DNA of 64,000 nucleotides from Actinomycetales bacterium (GTDB lineage Bacteria > Actinomycetota > Actinomycetes > Nanopelagicales > Nanopelagicaceae), in the NCBI GenBank assembly GCA_046080845.1, contig JBJTUU010000032.1:906-64905 (forward strand). The letters are read 5' to 3'. The translations under genes and the position numbers were made by a program. Below, in pieces: positions 32,206-41,883 of the stretch. The notes under the pieces are model-generated. The model saw nothing but the letters and a program-made list of their open reading frames with translations. It made no database searches and was not told the DNA's origin. Position 1 is the first letter of the stretch; each line of letters begins with the position of its first letter.

Positions 32206-32297
32206 TTCCGACACGCCGAAGGTTGGGAAGGACAGATCAACGGTTTATGGGCATTATCCGCCCCGTGACCCAGCCAAGTACGAAAAGGTGGTGAGAG

Positions 32298-32591
32298 ATG
32301 GCAACTGATTACGACACACCGCGAAAAACGGATGAAGAACTTCATGAAGAATCCATTGAAGAATTAAAAGCAAAACGAGCCGAAGCCCAATCCGGCCAGA
32401 TTGATGTAGATGAAGAAGATCCAGAAAATGTGGAGTTACCAGGAGCAGATCTCTCTGGCGAAGAGCTTGCCGTGCGAGTTGTGCCTCGACAAGAAAACGA
32501 ATTCACTTGTTCTAGATGTTTTCTAGTTCATCATCACACCCAACTTGCACGTGGCGAGGGCGCAAAGGCAATCTGCAAGGACTGCGCCTAG
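32298..32591 (+). CDS. DUF4193-family protein
   Basis: 97 aa with the N-terminus ATDYDTPRKTDEE, an acidic middle and a C-terminal CxxC...CxxC. Sits in the actinobacterial dut neighbourhood. Confidence 0.7.
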   Translation: MATDYDTPRKTDEELHEESIEELKAKRAEAQSGQIDVDEEDPENVELPGADLSGEELAVRVVPRQENEFTCSRCFLVHHHTQLARGEGAKAICKDCA

Positions 32592-33013
32592 CGATTCAGT
32601 AATTTCTTTATCTCATTACCTTTTCTTGTGCTGATTAACCAGTAAGGCGTTGGATCCCGAGCGTCCTTTAAATAAACCTTTATCCCGTCTTTAACCCAGA
32701 ACCTAATCGCAAGAAAGGCTCTTGAGTCTAACGCGATCCCTCGTTCCAACCGCATCTGTTGGTCGTCTAATAACTCAATTTTTAAAATATATTGAGGCGC
32801 TATATTCGCGTTGCCAACTTCTAGAGAGTTCTCTGAAACCCGAATCCGCAATCTAGTTCTAGAGGCAGCGATGATGGTGAGCAGAAGTAATATAACAAGC
32901 AAGATGAAAATACCTTGATTACTAAGGACTACACCAAGTGAGAGGACAATTGCTAAATCAAGGGCGAAGCAACCCAACCAGATTCGAATTGGCCAGCCGA
33001 TAGCTTCACTCAC
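32588..33013 (-). CDS. DUF3093-like membrane protein
   Basis: 141 aa, GTG start. Two N-terminal TM helices followed by a soluble domain. Its position next to DUF4193 and dut matches the mycobacterial block. Confidence 0.55.
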   Translation of the reverse strand: MSEAIGWPIRIWLGCFALDLAIVLSLGVVLSNQGIFILLVILLLLTIIAASRTRLRIRVSENSLEVGNANIAPQYILKIELLDDQQMRLERGIALDSRAFLAIRFWVKDGIKVYLKDARDPTPYWLISTRKGNEIKKLLNR

Positions 33014-33053
33014 GTTGGTCAGATTACTTCAACTTCAGGGTAATCTTCGCGAC

Positions 33054-33644
33054 ATGTCTAACAGTTCTAGCAGCTCGAGAGGTTTGAGTATCTCGCCACC
33101 GGCTGGCGCGAAAGTGCCCGAGCGACATCCAAAGGCTCCAGCCGCGGGAACTTTACTTGGCTCCCACAATCAAGATTGTTTTGGATGTGGCGCTTCACAT
33201 CCAACAGGTTTGCATCTCACTGCTTACCCTGGCGCTGATATGACTATCACTGCAAAGTTCACAGTAACGGAACACCATCAAGGCGCACCAGGATTAGCCC
33301 ACGGTGGACTTTTATCTTGCGCCTTTGACGAAGCGCTCGGAAAATTAATGTGGCTGGTAAGAGAACCAGCAGTAACCGGGAAATTGGAAACCCTCTTCCT
33401 TACTCCGGTTCAAGTTGGGAAAACCTTATTTATCAAAGCCGAGATTGTCGGACAAGATGGACGAAAGATTTATTGCAGAGCAGAAGGTCGAATCGACTCT
33501 GAGACTGGACCGGTTGCAGTTGAGGCAGCTGCAATATTTATCACCGTTCCACTTGAACATTTTATAAACAATGCGCCGGAAGGTTTTCGTGAGGCGCTCT
33601 TTGGTATTAATGGAAAAACCCCAGAGCTTGAGATCAATCCATGA
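33054..33644 (+). CDS. PaaI-type hotdog-fold thioesterase
   Basis: [15 protein letters not shown] motif typical of PaaI/4HBT thioesterases. The ATG at 33054 is preferred over the TTG at 33015. Confidence 0.7.
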   Translation: MSNSSSSSRGLSISPPAGAKVPERHPKAPAAGTLLGSHNQDCFGCGASHPTGLHLTAYPGADMTITAKFTVTEHHQGAPGLAHGGLLSCAFDEALGKLMWLVREPAVTGKLETLFLTPVQVGKTLFIKAEIVGQDGRKIYCRAEGRIDSETGPVAVEAAAIFITVPLEHFINNAPEGFREALFGINGKTPELEINP

Positions 33645-34075
33645 AAGTCTTAATAAAACGGCTTGATAAAGAGCTACCTATCCCAACTTATGCGAAACCA
33701 GGTGATGCGGGTGTGGATTTATATTCCACAATCGAGGCTAGTTTGGCGCCAGGAGAGCGCAAATTAATCCCAACCGGAATTGCGATCGCCCTACCGCCGG
33801 GAACGGCAGCATTCGTTCACCCAAGATCTGGGCGTGCCATAACTGAGGGACTCGGAATGGTTAACGCGCCTGGCACGGTAGATGCGGCTTTTCGTGGCGA
33901 GTTAAAAGTCATCCTTATTAATCATGATCCAGTAAACACGATAGCGATAAAACGAGGTGAAAGGATTGCTCAATTAGTAATCCAGCGGGTAGAACATGCT
34001 GAATTTGTTGAATTAGACGAGTTGCCCGGGAGCGCGAGAGGTGAAGGTGGATTTGGTTCCACCGGAAAAATATGA
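33641..34075 (+). CDS. dut: dUTP diphosphatase
   Basis: 144 aa with Dut motifs (GDAGVDL, PRSG, GFGSTG). Confidence 0.95.
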   Translation: MKVLIKRLDKELPIPTYAKPGDAGVDLYSTIEASLAPGERKLIPTGIAIALPPGTAAFVHPRSGRAITEGLGMVNAPGTVDAAFRGELKVILINHDPVNTIAIKRGERIAQLVIQRVEHAEFVELDELPGSARGEGGFGSTGKI

Positions 34076-34701
34076 GTAGCGAGAATGATAAGGCGAAGAT
34101 ACTGGCAGCCTTCGGCGGAAAGAAAGGACTATTTGATTCCGGAATCCCAGCACTTGTCTTTCTTTTAGCCTTTAACATTACAAAAGAAGTATCTCAATCT
34201 GCTTTCCTAGCACTTGGATTAAGCGCCTTAGTGACGATGTTTCGACTTATCAAACGAGAGACGATTCAACATGCACTATCCGGAGTGATTGGCGTAGCGA
34301 TCTGTGCTTGGCTATCAAATAGAAGCGGAAAAGCCGAAGATTTTTATCTTCCAGGATTATGGACAAATGCAATTTATGGCGCGGTTTACTCGATTTCAAA
34401 CCTCATTAAGTGGCCCATTATTGGTTTGGTACTGGGTCCGCTATTGGGCGAGAACTTAATGTGGCGAAAAGATCTAGCACGCAGATCTCTCTATATTAAA
34501 GCAACTTGGGTCTGGGTTGGATTGTTTCTCTCACGACTAATGGTGCAATATCCGCTCTATTTATCGGAGAATGTAAATGCTCTGGGAAGCGCACGATTAA
34601 TCATGGGATATCCACTCTTTATACTTGCGGCTTGGCTAACTTGGCAAATAGTTAAATCGGGTCCAACATTACGTGAAGATTTAAAGCCTAAATCAACTTG
34701 A
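34072..34701 (+). CDS. DUF3159-like integral membrane protein
   Basis: 209 aa with multiple TM helices. Conserved slot between dut and the trkA pair. Confidence 0.6.
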   Translation: MSSENDKAKILAAFGGKKGLFDSGIPALVFLLAFNITKEVSQSAFLALGLSALVTMFRLIKRETIQHALSGVIGVAICAWLSNRSGKAEDFYLPGLWTNAIYGAVYSISNLIKWPIIGLVLGPLLGENLMWRKDLARRSLYIKATWVWVGLFLSRLMVQYPLYLSENVNALGSARLIMGYPLFILAAWLTWQIVKSGPTLREDLKPKST

Positions 34702-35352
34702 GACGAAGCAACCTTTAATAAGTTCTTCGGCGCTACTGGAAGCTACAAAAATCAACTCATCGCCCGCAGTAAAGACATCATGATCTGAAGGTGAAATTAC
34801 ATGGCCATCTCGAATAATTGCAGCTAAGGAAGCATCAACCGGTAGTTGAATTTCTGAAACGGACTTACCGATACATGATGCGCCATCTGGGAGTGTTATC
34901 TCTACCAGATTGGCTTCACCAGATTTTATGGAAAATAGGCGAACCACATCACCGACGCTTACAGCTTCTTCTACCAGCGCGGCAATGATTCGGGGAGTTG
35001 ATACGGCAACATCTACTCCCCAAGAGGAGTCAAAGAGCCATTCATTCTTCGGATGATTCACGCGAGCAACAACTCGTGGCACCCCATATTCAGTTTTAGC
35101 AAGTAGTGAAGCTACTAAATTAACTTTGTCATCTCCGGTAGCGGCAACCAAGACTTGGCACTGGTCCAGTCCGGCCTTATCAAGCGTGGTGATCTCACAG
35201 GCATCTGCTAGAAGCCATTCAGCATTGGGAACGCTCTCCATCTTTAGCGCCTTTGGATTTTTATCAATTAAGAGCACTTGATGGCCATTTGAGAGGAGTT
35301 CTCGCGCAATTGCGCGTCCGGCATTGCCAGCTCCTGCGATTGCGATTTTCAA
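34693..35352 (-). CDS. trkA: Trk system potassium uptake protein TrkA (CeoC-like)
   Basis: RCK N-domain MKIAIAGAGNAGRAIA plus a TrkA-C domain. Confidence 0.85.
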   Translation of the reverse strand: MKIAIAGAGNAGRAIARELLSNGHQVLLIDKNPKALKMESVPNAEWLLADACEITTLDKAGLDQCQVLVAATGDDKVNLVASLLAKTEYGVPRVVARVNHPKNEWLFDSSWGVDVAVSTPRIIAALVEEAVSVGDVVRLFSIKSGEANLVEITLPDGASCIGKSVSEIQLPVDASLAAIIRDGHVISPSDHDVFTAGDELIFVASSSAEELIKGCFVSS

Positions 35353-36014
35353 GAATCGCCTCCGGGTGGATTACGAAGTGAAGCTTCGACTTGCGAGAGA
35401 TTCTTCTCAGTCACCAACATGTGAACCAAGTCGCCCTCTTGTAGCACTGTCTTTTCATCTGGAATTACGCCTTCACCTAGTCTGGTGACGAATGCAACTC
35501 GTGAATCAGTAAGGCTTTCGATAGTTAGCACCTGCCTGCCAAACCATCCGGGATGAATTGCCAACTCAACTAACTGAACTCGACCAGATGCGTCTTGCCA
35601 TTCAGATTTAGCGCCACTTGGCAAAATTCTTCGCATAATTTGATCCGTAGTCCAGAGAACTGTGGCAACTGTTGGAATTCCAAGTCGCTGGTAGATCTCA
35701 GCGCGACCAGGGTCATAAATTCGGGCCACCACATTTTTTACGCCGTAAGTTTCGCGTGCGACGCGGGCTGCGAGGATATTTGAATTATCACCATCAGAGA
35801 CTGCTGCAAAGGCATCAGCTCGTTGGATACCGGCTTCAATTAAAGTATCGCGATCAAATCCAATTCCTGCGACGGTCAAACCATTGAAATCTGCACCCAA
35901 TCTTCGAAAAGCTTCTCTATCTTGATCAATTACTGCAACAGAATGGCCGAGGGCTTGGAAATCTCTCGCTAACGTAGAACCAACTCGTCCGCATCCCATA
36001 ATCACGATGTGCAC
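35349..36014 (-). CDS. trkA: Trk system potassium uptake protein TrkA (CeoB-like)
   Basis: RCK N-domain (M)HIVIMGCGRVGSTLA plus a TrkA-C domain. The GTG at 36014 gives the canonical N-terminus; the ORF track starts at 36050. Confidence 0.85.
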   Translation of the reverse strand: MHIVIMGCGRVGSTLARDFQALGHSVAVIDQDREAFRRLGADFNGLTVAGIGFDRDTLIEAGIQRADAFAAVSDGDNSNILAARVARETYGVKNVVARIYDPGRAEIYQRLGIPTVATVLWTTDQIMRRILPSGAKSEWQDASGRVQLVELAIHPGWFGRQVLTIESLTDSRVAFVTRLGEGVIPDEKTVLQEGDLVHMLVTEKNLSQVEASLRNPPGGDS

Positions 36015-36087
36015 AATGAGAGAATTTACACCCGCAAGAGCGCATTCCACGAATCCACGCGCGAAATTAACTATCTAGGGGTTGATG

Positions 36088-37227
36088 ATGAATATCGGCG
36101 ATGAACTAGAGGTTGATGTAACTGCAATAGCCCATGGTGGACATTGTGTTGCAAGAAATGAAGGCAGAGTTATTTTTGTTCGTCATACGATTCCAGGCGA
36201 ACGAGTTAAAGTGCGAATTACGGAGCTATCAAAGAGTTTTGCGCGCGCTGACTGCATAGAAGTTGTATCGGCATCTGCCGATCGCATCAAACCTACCTGT
36301 ACATATGCCCACCCCGGCGGGTGTGGTGGTTGCGACTTCCAGCACATCGCGCCGCATCGACAACGCGAACTTAAATCTTTAATTATCAAAGAGCAATTTG
36401 CGCGCCTAGCAAAGCTGGATATCTCCGTCGAAGTAGAAGAAGTGCTACCCACTTTGGGGTGGCGATCTCGAATGGAATTTAACATTAATAAAAAAAGTCG
36501 CGTCGCAATGTTCCAAGCCAGAAGTAATGAATTGATCGAAATCGAATCCTGCAAGATTGCTGACCCAAGAATCTCCATCGAGAAAATTAATGAAATGAAG
36601 CTAGTCCCCGGGGAAAAATTCGAAGTTGCCGTTTCCGGCACAGGAGAAGTGCATTATGGCGATGCCGATCGAATTACTTATGAGATTTCGGGACGAAGCT
36701 TTGCGGTTTCGTTCGGTAGTTTCTGGCAGAGTCATATTGCGGCCCCTAATCTCTTAACGAACATAGTTACTGAATTTGCCGATTACAAAGAAAGCGATCA
36801 CGTCCTTGATCTCTACGCTGGCGTGGGAATACTTACATCCCCGGCGCTCTCTTTAATTGGCCCGGGAGGACGCCTTACTCTTATCGAAGAATCAGAATTA
36901 GCGGTGAGTGATTCCAGGTGGAATTACGCAGATCAGCTAAACGTTCACATTAAACAAGGAAGAGTTGAGCGCCAAATTTCAGAGATTCATAGTTGCGATG
37001 TCGTTGTACTTGATCCACCGCGTGCCGGCGCTGGCGCAAAAGTTATTGGTGAGATTGTGCGATTAGCCCCTAGGAAAATCATTTATGTCGCTTGCGATCC
37101 CGCAGCGCTCGCCCGAGATGTTGCAGAGCTACATGCAAACTCCTACCGAATGGAAAAACTGCGCGCCTTTGACCTATTTCCGATGACGCAGCACATTGAG
37201 TGTGTGGCCAGTTTCATCAAAGTCTGA
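36088..37227 (+). CDS. TRAM-domain class I SAM-dependent RNA (uracil-5) methyltransferase (RumA/TrmA family)
   Basis: N-terminal TRAM domain, an Fe-S cysteine cluster (C..CGGCDFQH), SAM motif DLYAGVG and a catalytic region VYVACDP. The start could be at any of 36082, 36085 or 36088. Confidence 0.8.
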   Translation: MNIGDELEVDVTAIAHGGHCVARNEGRVIFVRHTIPGERVKVRITELSKSFARADCIEVVSASADRIKPTCTYAHPGGCGGCDFQHIAPHRQRELKSLIIKEQFARLAKLDISVEVEEVLPTLGWRSRMEFNINKKSRVAMFQARSNELIEIESCKIADPRISIEKINEMKLVPGEKFEVAVSGTGEVHYGDADRITYEISGRSFAVSFGSFWQSHIAAPNLLTNIVTEFADYKESDHVLDLYAGVGILTSPALSLIGPGGRLTLIEESELAVSDSRWNYADQLNVHIKQGRVERQISEIHSCDVVVLDPPRAGAGAKVIGEIVRLAPRKIIYVACDPAALARDVAELHANSYRMEKLRAFDLFPMTQHIECVASFIKV

Positions 37228-37273
37228 GTCTTTGCTGTAGAGCTGCTAAATCGTGACAAGTTAGGCTGCTCCT

Positions 37274-39931
37274 ATGAGCCAGGATTCCTTCGGGGCAAGA
37301 AGGGATTTGGTCGTATCTGGTAAGAAATATGAAATTTTTGACATCACAAAATTACCAGGCGCTGCTAATCTGCCATTCTCCCTCAAGATTCTTCTTGAGA
37401 ATCTGCTCCGCACGGAGGATGGCGCCAACATCACGGCTGCCCAAATAGCCGCGCTTTCTGAGTGGAATTCGCAATCCCAACCGGATACCGAAATTCAATT
37501 CACGCCAGCTCGTGTGATTATGCAAGATTTTACCGGCGTTCCTTGCGTCGTTGATCTTGCCACAATGCGAGAGGCGCTTGCTGAATTGGGTGGTGATCCT
37601 GCAAGAGTTAATCCACTTGCACCTGCCGAACTAGTTATTGACCACTCGGTAATAGCAGATAAATATGGAACCCCTTCTGCTTTTCAGGAGAACGTTGATA
37701 TTGAGTATCAAAGAAATACCGAGAGATATCGATTCTTGCGTTGGGGCCAGACCGCATTTGATGAATTTAAAGTGGTGCCGCCTGGTACCGGAATTGTTCA
37801 TCAAGTAAATATTGAATTTCTTGCTCGAGTTGTCATGACCCGAGAAGTTTCTGGAACTTTGCGCGCGTATCCAGATACGGTAGTTGGAACTGACTCACAC
37901 ACCACAATGGTCAACGGACTCGGAGTTCTTGGATGGGGAGTAGGCGGAATTGAAGCCGAGGCTGCCCTGCTGGGACAGCCGGTATCAATGCTAATTCCGC
38001 GAGTGGTCGGCTTTAAGTTAAATGGAGCCCTTCCGGTAGGTACCACTGCTACCGATTTAGTTCTAACCATTACCGAGATGCTTCGAAAGCATGGCGTGGT
38101 CGGAAAGTTTGTAGAGTTCTACGGACCTGGAGTAAGTGCCCTACCTATGGCAAACCGAGCCACCATCGGAAACATGTCGCCCGAATACGGTTCAACAGTT
38201 GCCATCTTTCCGATTGATGAAGAGACCATCCGTTATTTGGAGTTAACGGGAAGAAGCCGGGAACAGCGTGAACTGGTCGAGAGTTATGCGAAAGCGCAAG
38301 GTATCTGGCATGACCCTTCAGCTGCGCCTAGGTATTCCGAACATCTCGAACTCAATCTTGCAAGCGTAGTTCCCTCGATAGCAGGTCCGAAACGTCCACA
38401 AGATCGAGTCGCATTAGATCAAGCAAAGCCGGCATTTCAGAAAGCGCTTCCGAGTTACATCGGTGAGAAATCTTCTAATACCCAAGTACCAATTTCTATA
38501 AATGGAAAAAGTGGCGAGTTACATCATGGCGCAGTAGTCATTGCATCAATTACTTCTTGTACAAATACCTCAAACCCAAGTGTGATGATAGGCGCTGGGT
38601 TACTTGCTAAGAAAGCAGCCGAAAAAGGTCTAACGAGCAAACCTTGGGTAAAAACGACTTTGGCCCCTGGCTCGAAAGTAGTCACTAATTACTATGAAAA
38701 GGCCGGGCTGACTCCCTATCTTGAAGAACTGGGATTCAATTTAGTCGGTTATGGCTGCGTTACTTGTATCGGAAATTCTGGGCCGCTGCCCAATGAAGTT
38801 AGCACAGCGGTTAATGAAAATGACCTAGCGGTTGCCGCCGTACTATCTGGAAATCGAAATTTTGAGGGGCGAATTAGCCCTGATGTGAAGATGAACTATC
38901 TTGCCTCGCCACCCCTAGTGGTCGCTTATGCGTTAGCCGGAAGTATGAATCATGATTTTGAACGTGATGCTTTAGGTAAGGATAAGAACGGTAACGATGT
39001 CTATTTGAAAGATATTTGGCCAACCACAGAAGAAATTCAGAAAGTAATCGATTCAGTAATTTCATCAGAGATGTTCCAAAAAGATTATGCAAGCGTATTT
39101 GCTGGTGACCAACGTTGGGCTGCGTTAGATACCCCAACTGGAAAAGTTTTCGAGTGGGATCCAAAATCCACATACGTTAGAAAGCCACCATATTTTGAAG
39201 GTATGGCAAAGCAACCGAGCCCAGTAAGGGATATTTCAGGTGCGCGAGTCTTGGCCAAACTAGGTGATTCGGTAACAACCGACCATATTTCCCCAGCTGG
39301 CTCTATCAAAGCTGATTCACCTGCTGGTAAATATCTACAAGAACACGGAGTTGCAAAGGCTGATTTCAATTCTTACGGGTCGCGGCGCGGCAACCACGAA
39401 GTCATGATTCTTGGAACCTTCGCAAATATTCGTCTGAAGAATCTTCTGCTAGACGGAGTTGAAGGGGGCTACACCCGCAACTTCCTTGATGGAGGAAACC
39501 AAACCACAATTTATGAAGCCGCTATGGCATACCAAGCAGCGCAAGTTCCCTTGGTCATTTTGGCTGGAAAAGAATATGGCTCTGGCTCTTCAAGAGATTG
39601 GGCCGCAAAGGGAACTGCGCTACTTGGCGTGAAGGCGGTAATCGCAGAATCTTTCGAGCGGATCCATAGATCCAATCTAATTGGAATGGGAGTATTACCT
39701 CTTCAATTTTTAGATAATCAAAATTCCGAAAGTCTGGGACTTAGCGGTGAAGAGACCTTCTCAATCTCTGGCGTAACCGAATTAAATCAGGGGAAAATTC
39801 CACCACTAGTTTCAGTAACTGCCGACGGAACGGTATTCCAAGCGCGACTGCGCATTGATACCCCTGGCGAAGCAGATTATTACCGACATGGCGGCATCAT
39901 GCAGTACGTACTCAGATCACTTCTAGGTTAA
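37274..39931 (+). CDS. acn: Aconitate hydratase
   Basis: 885 aa with Fe-S ligand motifs ([25 protein letters not shown]). Confidence 0.95.
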   Translation: MSQDSFGARRDLVVSGKKYEIFDITKLPGAANLPFSLKILLENLLRTEDGANITAAQIAALSEWNSQSQPDTEIQFTPARVIMQDFTGVPCVVDLATMREALAELGGDPARVNPLAPAELVIDHSVIADKYGTPSAFQENVDIEYQRNTERYRFLRWGQTAFDEFKVVPPGTGIVHQVNIEFLARVVMTREVSGTLRAYPDTVVGTDSHTTMVNGLGVLGWGVGGIEAEAALLGQPVSMLIPRVVGFKLNGALPVGTTATDLVLTITEMLRKHGVVGKFVEFYGPGVSALPMANRATIGNMSPEYGSTVAIFPIDEETIRYLELTGRSREQRELVESYAKAQGIWHDPSAAPRYSEHLELNLASVVPSIAGPKRPQDRVALDQAKPAFQKALPSYIGEKSSNTQVPISINGKSGELHHGAVVIASITSCTNTSNPSVMIGAGLLAKKAAEKGLTSKPWVKTTLAPGSKVVTNYYEKAGLTPYLEELGFNLVGYGCVTCIGNSGPLPNEVSTAVNENDLAVAAVLSGNRNFEGRISPDVKMNYLASPPLVVAYALAGSMNHDFERDALGKDKNGNDVYLKDIWPTTEEIQKVIDSVISSEMFQKDYASVFAGDQRWAALDTPTGKVFEWDPKSTYVRKPPYFEGMAKQPSPVRDISGARVLAKLGDSVTTDHISPAGSIKADSPAGKYLQEHGVAKADFNSYGSRRGNHEVMILGTFANIRLKNLLLDGVEGGYTRNFLDGGNQTTIYEAAMAYQAAQVPLVILAGKEYGSGSSRDWAAKGTALLGVKAVIAESFERIHRSNLIGMGVLPLQFLDNQNSESLGLSGEETFSISGVTELNQGKIPPLVSVTADGTVFQARLRIDTPGEADYYRHGGIMQYVLRSLLG

Positions 39932-39951
39932 TAACTAGTTACCATTGAGTC

Positions 39952-41883
39952 ATGCGTTACTTGCCGCGAATTTCTAACCCTTCCGACCTCACGCGACTTG
40001 ATGAAGCGGCGCTGCTAGAACTATCAAATGAGATTCGTGAATTTCTAATTGAGAAAGTCTCTAAATCTGGTGGCCACCTGGGACCAAATTTGGGAGTAGT
40101 TGAACTTACGATTGCGATTCATCGCATATTCCAATCACCACATGACCTGATTATTTTTGATACCGGCCATCAGTCTTATGTCCATAAAATTTTGACTGGT
40201 AGAGCCAGTAGTTTTGATCAACTTCGCCAGCGCGGTGGCGCCGCGGGTTACCCAAACCGCGCCGAGAGCGTCCATGATGTTGTCGAAAATTCTCATGCAT
40301 CAACCGCCCTTTCGTGGGCAGAAGGAATCGCTAAAGGATTTCGAATTCAAGGAATCACAGATAGAACCGTGGTGGCTGTCGTGGGCGATGGTGCGTTAAC
40401 CGGCGGGATGGCTTGGGAAGCGCTCAATAACATTGCAGCGCAAAAAGATCTTAAATTGGTAATCGTGGTAAATGATAATGAACGTTCGTACTCACCGACT
40501 ATTGGCGGAGTCGCAACTTATCTCTCTACTTTGCGCGCAACCCGCGGTTATGAACGTTTCTTACAATGGGGCAAAGGAGTCTTGGAGCGGACCCCGGTCG
40601 TTGGCCACCCAATTTATGAGACGCTCCACGGAATGAAAAAGGGCTTGAAAGATATTGTTGCTCCTCAAGGAATGTTTGAAGATCTTGGTATTAAATATTT
40701 AGGTCCAGTTGATGGCCATGACATTACGGCGCTAGAGCGAGCGTTAATCCAGGCGAAGAAATTTGAAGGACCGGTAATTGTCCATGCCATAACGGAAAAA
40801 GGTAGAGGCCACGCTCCTGCAGTAAATGATGAAGCGGAGAAGTTTCATGCGGTTGGAGTCGTAGATCCGGAAACTGGAGAGCCGTTAGCAAAATCTGGAA
40901 AGACATGGACCCAGGAATTTTCAGATGCTCTAGTGGAAATTGGTAGAGAGCGGACAGATGTAGTTGCGATAACAGCGGCGATGTTAGGTCCAACCGGTTT
41001 GGATAAATTCCAACGCGAGTTCCCGGAACGCACCTTTGATGTTGGAATTGCTGAGCAACATGCAACAACTTCCGCGGCAGGACTTGCATATTCAGGTCTA
41101 CACCCCGTAGTTGCCATCTATTCCACGTTCTTAAATCGCGCCTTTGACCAGCTACTGTTGGATGTCTCGTTACATAATGCAGGTGTCACCTTCGTTCTAG
41201 ATCGCGCCGGATTCACTGGCGATGATGGTCCGTCACATAACGGATTATGGGATCTGGCACTTACCGGAATTGTGCCTAACTTAAAAGTCGCTGCGCCGCG
41301 TGATGCGATACGACTTCGCGAACTACTTAAAGAGTCGGTTTCCCTCAACTCACCCTCATTAATCCGTTTTCCAAAAGGAATTCTCACGCCAGAGCTGCCG
41401 GCATTCGAACATCGAGATGGCATCGATATTCTCTACCGCGGTGAAAGTCCCGATATCTTGGTAATCTCGGTAGGAGCGTTAGCTGGTTTAGCAGTTGAGG
41501 CAGCAGCTATGGCTTATCGCGAGGGCGTCGGCGTTACGGTTATCGATCCCAGATGGGTTAAGCCACTTCCGCTAGATGTAATTGCAAAGATGGCGGAACG
41601 CTATTCGCAAGTCGTAGTTATCGAAGATGGAATTGCGCACGGCGGAATCGCAAGTTCTCTTTCAGAAGGATTCCGAAGTCTTAGTTTAGAAACCCCAATT
41701 CATTCAATTGGAGCGCCACTTCGATTTTTTGAACATGCAAAGCGAAACCAACTACTTGAAGAACTAGGAATTACCGCGCAGGCAGTCGCGCGCCAATTAG
41801 TTGGGTGGTTTTCTGACCGTCCTACTCAGGAAGAGAAGCAATTCCTGGGGGATGGAAACGTTGTCCAGAAACCGAAAGACTAA
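39952..41883 (+). CDS. dxs: 1-deoxy-D-xylulose-5-phosphate synthase
   Basis: GHQSYVHKILTGR and the TPP motif GDGALTGGMAWEALN. 643 aa. The 3' end overlaps the convergent fadB by 62 nt. Confidence 0.95.
   Translation: MRYLPRISNPSDLTRLDEAALLELSNEIREFLIEKVSKSGGHLGPNLGVVELTIAIHRIFQSPHDLIIFDTGHQSYVHKILTGRASSFDQLRQRGGAAGYPNRAESVHDVVENSHASTALSWAEGIAKGFRIQGITDRTVVAVVGDGALTGGMAWEALNNIAAQKDLKLVIVVNDNERSYSPTIGGVATYLSTLRATRGYERFLQWGKGVLERTPVVGHPIYETLHGMKKGLKDIVAPQGMFEDLGIKYLGPVDGHDITALERALIQAKKFEGPVIVHAITEKGRGHAPAVNDEAEKFHAVGVVDPETGEPLAKSGKTWTQEFSDALVEIGRERTDVVAITAAMLGPTGLDKFQREFPERTFDVGIAEQHATTSAAGLAYSGLHPVVAIYSTFLNRAFDQLLLDVSLHNAGVTFVLDRAGFTGDDGPSHNGLWDLALTGIVPNLKVAAPRDAIRLRELLKESVSLNSPSLIRFPKGILTPELPAFEHRDGIDILYRGESPDILVISVGALAGLAVEAAAMAYREGVGVTVIDPRWVKPLPLDVIAKMAERYSQVVVIEDGIAHGGIASSLSEGFRSLSLETPIHSIGAPLRFFEHAKRNQLLEELGITAQAVARQLVGWFSDRPTQEEKQFLGDGNVVQKPKD

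Noticed and set aside
36183-36641. 152-aa ORF antisense to the TRAM methyltransferase gene
   Set aside because: It is embedded in a motif-supported CDS and has no independent support.
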